From positions 60,001 to 92,000 of the forward strand of contig NZ_CP013213.1 of NCBI RefSeq assembly GCF_001545095.1: DNA of 32,000 bases, given 5' to 3'. The position numbers and the translations under genes are program-made. Below, one piece after another: positions 25,162 to 32,000 of the stretch (its first letter is position 1; every line of letters starts with the position of its first letter). The notes under the pieces were generated by a model, which saw only the letters and a list, made by a program, of their open reading frames with translations, made no database searches and was not told the DNA's origin. The stretch comes from Erysipelothrix larvae. Lineage in GTDB: Bacteria; Bacillota_I; Bacilli_A; Erysipelotrichales; Erysipelotrichaceae.

Positions 25162-26037
25162 ATGATTGTTTATAATAAATTAAAGAATTTTGAAGGTTCA
25201 GAATCTGAAGAAGTAATGGCTAAGTATGTCGTAAATCATACAATGGATGTACTTGATATGAGTATTGAACAATTTGCTGCGATCAATTATGTATCAAATT
25301 CATCGGTCGTAAGATTTTGCCAAAAAATTGGATTGAAAGGATACTCTGATTTAAAAATTAAGCTCGCACTAGAAATCAATACATTTTTAATTGATAATGA
25401 GCGCATTGAAGTAGATATGCCAATTGCACCGAACTCATCAAATGCTAAAATTGCAACAAGTTTCTTGAATTTATACTATCAAACCCTTGCTGATGTACAT
25501 CGTAGTATTGACCTAAACAAGTTAAGTGAGATTGCAAAAATACTTGAAGAAGCCAACTATATATCACTATGGGGAAATGGACCATCAATGTTAATTGCTC
25601 TAGACTTTTATTACAAGATCAAACGATTGGGCTATGTCGTACAATGTGATGACATTATTGGATTCCATTCGGTTCCAATTGAACGCAAGCGGAAAGGGGA
25701 AGTTGCACTAATTATATCAAGCTATGCAAATAGTCCTCAAATCCGTCAATGGGTCATCGCTCATAGAAGAAATGGGACACAAACAATTCTCATAACGCTT
25801 AACGAAGACACTCCTTTTAAAAATATTGTAGACCATATTATCATTTTTAATTCCGAAGAGAAAAGAACAGGAAAATTAGGACACTTTGCTTCAAGGACTG
25901 CGATGAGTTATATCATCGACATGTTGTATGCAATGATCTTTAATTTCAACTATGATGACAATGTCAGAATACTCTATGAAGATGGAAAGACTGTTAATGA
26001 ACGCGGAGAGTATCTAAAGAACTTATTGATAGAATAG
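25162..26037 (+). CDS. MurR/RpiR family transcriptional regulator (HTH_6 + SIS domain)
   Basis: HTH segment SIEQFAAINYVSNSSVVRFCQKIGLKGYSDLK, followed by a SIS sugar-phosphate-binding domain (ISLWGNGPS..., IISSYANSP). Confidence 0.85.
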   Translation: MIVYNKLKNFEGSESEEVMAKYVVNHTMDVLDMSIEQFAAINYVSNSSVVRFCQKIGLKGYSDLKIKLALEINTFLIDNERIEVDMPIAPNSSNAKIATSFLNLYYQTLADVHRSIDLNKLSEIAKILEEANYISLWGNGPSMLIALDFYYKIKRLGYVVQCDDIIGFHSVPIERKRKGEVALIISSYANSPQIRQWVIAHRRNGTQTILITLNEDTPFKNIVDHIIIFNSEEKRTGKLGHFASRTAMSYIIDMLYAMIFNFNYDDNVRILYEDGKTVNERGEYLKNLLIE

Positions 26038-26081
26038 GAACATATTTCCGTGAAATCTCTCAAAAAACTAACTAAATCAGA

Positions 26082-26133
26082 AAGAGTTTCCACAAAGTGA
26101 CCAAAATCTTGTGAAAACTCTTTTATTTTGTTT
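26082..26133 (+). terminator. Rho-independent terminator after rpiR-like gene
   Basis: 15-bp stem AAAGAGTTTCCACAA/TTGTGAAAACTCTTT (one mismatch), followed by TTTTATTTTGTTT. Confidence 0.7.
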
Positions 26134-26168
26134 CACTATAATTAATCACAACAAGGGGGGAATTATTT

Positions 26169-27468
26169 GTGAAAGATAAATTAATGAATGGATTGCTGAG
26201 AGTTGCTTCAGCGCTTCAAACGAATCGTTACATGGTAGCGATAAAGAATTCATTTACCGCATTGTTACCAATAATTATTGGTGGGGCGTTCTTTATGCTA
26301 ATCTTAAATGTTGTATTATCTACAACAACAACGGGTATGAGCTTGGCTAAGGTGAACGGATTTAGTTGGTTATCCAGCCTAGAACCAATGTTCAATGCGG
26401 CAAACTATGCAACGATGCAATTCTTTGCAATCAGTTTAGTCGTACTAATTTCAATTGAGCTTGCTCAACAATATGACCGAAACGAAACAATTGTTCCGGC
26501 AGTAGCATTGGCTTGCTATATTTCATTGTGCTTAACAAGTACAACCGTAACATCATCAACAGATGAAATAATTAAGGTTGCAAATGTACTACCTCGTGAA
26601 TTTACAAATGCACAAGGGTTATTTATGGCTATGATTACGTCCATTGCGTCGACAGAGTTATACTGCCGACTTGTTAATGGTAAGAAGTTTGAAATTTCTA
26701 TGCCTGAATCTGTACCTAGTAATGTTACTAAGGCGTTTAATGTATTAATTCCGTCAATCCTAACAATCTTAGCGATTGCAGGATTTGGTCAACTCTTTGA
26801 AGTATTAACAGGATATACATTCTTTAATGCAATTGCTGTCTTTATTCAAGCACCACTTAAAGGTATTTTAACGGGTCTTCCTGGATATCTGTTCTTATTC
26901 TTTATGTCAACATTACTCTGGGTTATGGGGATTCATGGAACACAAGTGTTAAAACCAGTGTATGAGGCGACAATGCTTCTCGCACTTGCAGAGAATTTAG
27001 ATAAAGTTCTTGCAAACGAAGCACCAACAAATATTCTTAACTCAGTATTTATTTCATCGTTTACTACAATAACAGGAGCAGGGATTACTGCAGGACTTAT
27101 TATATCGATTTTATTATTCTCAAAACGCGAAGATTACAGAGCAATCGCAAAATTATCAATTGTGCCTGGTATCTTCAATATTAATGAAACCATGACATTT
27201 GGACTTCCAATTGTCTTGAATCCAATCCTTGCAATTCCATTTATGCTTGCACCGATTGTGAGTGCAACTATTGGTTATACATTAACAACAATAGGATTTG
27301 CAATCCCTATGTCCTACAATATTCCATGGACAACACCTGCCTTAATTGGTGCGTTCATTGGATCTGGTGGACATATTGGAACCGTAATTACGCAATTTTT
27401 AGCAATCGCATCATCAGTACTTGTATATACACCATTTGTGCTTATATCAAATAAGCAAAAACCAGAGG

Positions 27469-27491
<23 letters not shown>
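26169..27491 (+). CDS. PTS cellobiose/lactose-family EIIC permease
   Basis: 440 aa, ~10 TM, with motifs of the Lac/Cel EIIC family (..MGIHGTQV.., ..NINETMTFGLPIVLNP..). GTG start with AAGGGGGG 8 nt upstream; an ATG 15 nt downstream is an alternative. Confidence 0.88.
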
Positions 27492-29179
<1,688 letters not shown>

Positions 29180-29181
29180 AG

Positions 29182-30570
29182 ATGAGTAAGACACTTAAAA
29201 TCGTAACAATCGGTGGGGGAAGTAGTTATACACCTGAGTTAATCGAAGGATTTATCCTACGTAAAGACGAACTTCCGATTCGTGAGTTATGGCTTGTGGA
29301 TATCGAAGAAGGAAAAGAAAAATTAGAAATTGTCGGTGAAATGGCAAAACGGATGGTGAAAAAGGCAGGGCTCGATTGGGATATTCACTTAACACTAGAC
29401 CGAAGAGCAGCGCTAAAGGATGCAGACTTTGTAACAACTCAATTTAGAGTTGGCTTATTGGATGCACGAATTCGTGACGAACGTTTACCCTTAAAATATG
29501 GAATGATTGGTCAAGAAACCAATGGTGCAGGAGGAATGATGAAAGCATTCCGTACCATCCCTGTAATATTAAGTATTATTGAGGATATGAAAGAACTGTG
29601 TCCAAACGCTTGGCTTGTAAACTTCACAAACCCAGCAGGTATGATTACTGAAACCGCAATTAAAGTCGGTGGTTGGAAGAAAACTGTGGGACTGTGTAAT
29701 GTTCCAATTGGATCATTTAAGTCAAATCACATTGTCCTAGGGTATCCAGAAGACTCTGATAAGCTATTCCATAAGTATGCAGGGCTCAACCACTTCCACT
29801 GGCATAAAGTATGGAATGAATGTGGTGATGATGTGACAGAAGAACTTATCGATCGCTTGTACAATCCAAAGAGTGAATGGGCGGGTAAAGTAAGCGAAAT
29901 GAAAAACATTCGTAAACTCCCATTCAATTATGAACAAGTTAAGGAATTAGGTGTCCTACCATGTGGGTACCACCGTTATTACTACATAACTGAAGAAATG
30001 TTACGAGATGAGCTAGAAGACTATAAAAATCATACAACCCGCGCAGAAGTGGTGAAACAAACTGAAAAAGAACTCTTCGAGTTGTATAAAGATCCAGCAC
30101 TTGACTATAAACCAGAACAACTTACAAAACGCGGTGGAACACACTATTCAGAAGCAGCGTGTGAGCTGATTGCATCAATCTACAACGATAAGCGCACGGT
30201 AATGGTAGTAAGTACACAAAACAATGGAACAATCACAGACTTACCGTATGATTGTATTGTTGAGGTGTCATCAGTAATTACAGGCCATGGTCCAGAACCA
30301 TTTAACTGGGGATCATTCAAACCATGCGCACGTGGTATCTTACAAATGATGAAATCAATGGAAGAAACTGTAATTAAAGCAGGTGTGAATGGTGATTACG
30401 ATGCCGCACTTCAGGCATTCACAATCAACCCGATTGTGACATCAGGGGAAACAGCACGTACGTTATTAAATGAAATGCTTGTGGCAAATAAAGACTATTT
30501 ACCACAATTTGAAACAACGATCGAAAAACTCATAGAAGAAGGGGTAACATACAACCCGGGGGATCTATAA
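29182..30570 (+). CDS. 6-phospho-beta-glucosidase, glycoside hydrolase family 4 (CelF/LicH-like, NAD/Mn-dependent)
   Basis: N-terminal KIVTIGGGSSYTPEL Rossmann motif, FTNPAG, GLCNVP, and HYS motifs typical of GH4. Confidence 0.9.
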   Translation: MSKTLKIVTIGGGSSYTPELIEGFILRKDELPIRELWLVDIEEGKEKLEIVGEMAKRMVKKAGLDWDIHLTLDRRAALKDADFVTTQFRVGLLDARIRDERLPLKYGMIGQETNGAGGMMKAFRTIPVILSIIEDMKELCPNAWLVNFTNPAGMITETAIKVGGWKKTVGLCNVPIGSFKSNHIVLGYPEDSDKLFHKYAGLNHFHWHKVWNECGDDVTEELIDRLYNPKSEWAGKVSEMKNIRKLPFNYEQVKELGVLPCGYHRYYYITEEMLRDELEDYKNHTTRAEVVKQTEKELFELYKDPALDYKPEQLTKRGGTHYSEAACELIASIYNDKRTVMVVSTQNNGTITDLPYDCIVEVSSVITGHGPEPFNWGSFKPCARGILQMMKSMEETVIKAGVNGDYDAALQAFTINPIVTSGETARTLLNEMLVANKDYLPQFETTIEKLIEEGVTYNPGDL

Positions 30571-30571
30571 A

Positions 30572-30877
30572 ATGAGAAAAGTAATATTATTGTGTGCAGC
30601 AGGCATGTCTACAAGCATGCTTGTAAAGAAGATTGTAGAAGCTGCTAAAGAAATCGATTATGATGTTGATGTAAGTGCATACTCAATCTCAGAAGCAAAA
30701 AATGTCGTTCCAAGTTCAGATATAGTCTTGCTTGGACCACAAGTACGGTTTAATTTGAAAAAAATTCAAGATAGTTTTCCAGATAAACCAGTCAGTGTCA
30801 TTGATATGAGAGACTATGGTACCATGAATGGTAAAAGCGTTGTAGCAATGATTAAGAAAGTACTCAAAGACGACTAA
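30572..30877 (+). CDS. PTS cellobiose-family EIIB component
   Basis: 101 aa with active-site Cys motif KVILLCAAGMSTSMLV and LLGPQVRF. Confidence 0.9.
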   Translation: MRKVILLCAAGMSTSMLVKKIVEAAKEIDYDVDVSAYSISEAKNVVPSSDIVLLGPQVRFNLKKIQDSFPDKPVSVIDMRDYGTMNGKSVVAMIKKVLKDD

Positions 30878-30905
30878 AGAGTAGGTTTAATCAATATATT
30901 TAATA

Positions 30906-30972
30906 CAAACAGGGTTTGTAGAAATAAGACGCAATTTATGCGAATTATTCACAAAAAAACCCTGTTTTTTAT
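30906..30972 (+). terminator. Long-stem terminator after first EIIB gene
   Basis: AAACAGGGTTT (30907-30917) pairs perfectly with AAACCCTGTTT (30957-30967). The interior is partly self-paired (CGCA/TGCG). Followed by TTTTTT. Confidence 0.6.
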
Positions 30973-31239
30973 GTGTTTTGTTCTTCAAAGCTTGGTATAG
31001 GTTCTTTCAATATATAAATGAGTCAGTATTTTGAAATGGATTGATTCCAATGTGCTAGAATGAAAATGTAAGGGCATTCATGTGTTGCCCGTTTCCGCAA
31101 TCTTAAATGCCTAACTAACAATCGAATGGATTATCTTAACTATCGCGCATCGGGTATTTCATTGATAAATCGAAAATACATGACTAAAAATAGTCGACAC
31201 GTTTTAAAGATCTACTTATATATGGGAGGGTTTAGAAAT

Positions 31240-31542
31240 ATGCGTAAAGTAGTACTATTATGTGCAGCAGGAATGTCTACAAGTATGCTTGTAAAGAATA
31301 TTTCTGTTGCAGCTAAAGAAGAAGATTATGAAATTGAGGTAACCGCACATACAATATCTGACGCCAAAAGTGTTGTGCCTGGATCTGATATTGTATTACT
31401 TGGACCACAAGTGCGATTTAACCTAAATGGTGTTAAAGATAAGTTTCCTGATATCCCTGTTAAAGTGATGGATATGGAAGCATATGGTAAAATGGATGGT
31501 AAAAAAATAGTTGCATTGATTCGAAAAACTTTAAATGATTAA
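31240..31542 (+). CDS. PTS cellobiose-family EIIB component, second paralogous copy
   Basis: MRKVVLLCAAGMSTSMLV...LLGPQVRFNL. The ATG at 31240 has GGGAGGG 9 nt upstream. The track's 38-aa N-terminal extension from 31126 has no counterpart in EIIB proteins. Confidence 0.88.
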   Translation: MRKVVLLCAAGMSTSMLVKNISVAAKEEDYEIEVTAHTISDAKSVVPGSDIVLLGPQVRFNLNGVKDKFPDIPVKVMDMEAYGKMDGKKIVALIRKTLND

Positions 31543-31577
31543 AGAATTACAAATATAAATTAAGAAAAGAGCGCGAT

Positions 31578-31612
31578 GCAAAAGGCCGTAGATAACCTAC
31601 GACCTTTTGTTA
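31578..31612. terminator. Bidirectional terminator between convergent genes
   Basis: AAAAGGCCGTAG-ATAAC-CTACGACCTTTT (one mismatch), with an A-run before and a T-run after. Confidence 0.6.
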
Positions 31613-31638
31613 TCAAGGGGTACCAATCGATTTACCCT

Positions 31639-32000
31639 TTAGATGTGATTTGCGAAATCCGTCGCGCGCTCGATCCAGTAACTCAATTGATTTCTAACTT
31701 GAAGAAATTGATCAAACTGGGCTAATTGTGAAATGAGTTGGTTGCATTTATCAATGCCTGTATCGTCCCCTTTTGTAATCAGTATCAAGCCATCAATAAA
31801 CTGCCCAAAAAGTAGATATCCAACTTGCGTGAAATCACTGATGGGTTTCTCATAAAATGCTTTCATCAGGGTTTCGCATTCATCAATATCTTGTTGTAAA
31901 ATACAAACTAAAGCTTGATTTAGGATTATCTCATGAACATTAATCTCTGGGAAATAAGCAAATTGTTCAACGCTTCTTAAGAAAAAAGGCCGGACTTGTT
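31639..32000 (-). CDS. Hypothetical protein, C-terminal part (ORF is open to the window edge); possibly helical regulator domain
   Basis: The frame of the track's 75-aa ORF stays open upstream to 32000 (..QVRPFFLRSVEQFAYFPEINVHEIILNQALVCILQQDIDECETLMKAFYEK..). It looks helical with no diagnostic motif. An Rgg/PlcR-like guess is weak. Confidence 0.4.
   Translation of the reverse strand, partial: QVRPFFLRSVEQFAYFPEINVHEIILNQALVCILQQDIDECETLMKAFYEKPISDFTQVGYLLFGQFIDGLILITKGDDTGIDKCNQLISQLAQFDQFLQVRNQLSYWIERATDFANHI

Noticed and set aside
26038-26168. Possible catabolite-responsive element (cre) or RAT antiterminator upstream of the PTS EIIC gene
   Set aside because: The TGTGAAAACTC and TTTCCGTGAAAT segments lack the central CG-containing cre core. 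The main inverted repeat is fully explained as the terminator of the rpiR-like gene. No RAT-like sequence was seen.
31126-31239. 38-aa N-terminal extension of the second EIIB ORF
   Set aside because: EIIB(Cel) proteins begin right at MRKV..LLC. An SD (GGGAGGG) precedes the internal ATG at 31240, and the extension has no hydrophobic or domain character.

Overview
AT-rich, gene-dense chromosomal segment from a low-GC Gram-positive bacterium (Bacillota; the exact taxon cannot be determined without a search). Most of it is ordinary core genome. It includes a NiaR-regulated niacin transporter, azlCD, comFA-comFC, a cold-shock protein, secA, prfB with its programmed +1 frameshift, ftsEX with a coiled-coil M23 peptidase, and an RpiR-linked beta-glucoside/cellobiose PTS operon carrying both GH1 and GH4 phospho-beta-glucosidases. 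The standout is at the left edge (about 1-4374, minus strand). Seven tightly overlapping genes look like a complete circular (head-to-tail cyclised) bacteriocin locus. They are an 85-aa cationic precursor resembling enterocin NKR-5-3B/amylocyclicin/uberolysin/AS-48, a small ABC ATPase, two small polytopic membrane proteins (one DUF95/SpoIIM-like), a 568-aa membrane protein with an apparent membrane-fusion-protein-like C-terminal domain, and a MacB/FtsX-type ABC exporter that runs off the window. Secondary curiosities are a cysteine-less ArsD-like protein translationally coupled to a GT4 glycosyltransferase and a lipoprotein, a triple-GNAT fusion protein preceded by a structured leader with a 12-codon mini-ORF, a textbook dual-operator NiaR promoter, and duplicated PTS EIIB genes. 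I saw no rRNA, tRNA, CRISPR array, IS element or phage genes.
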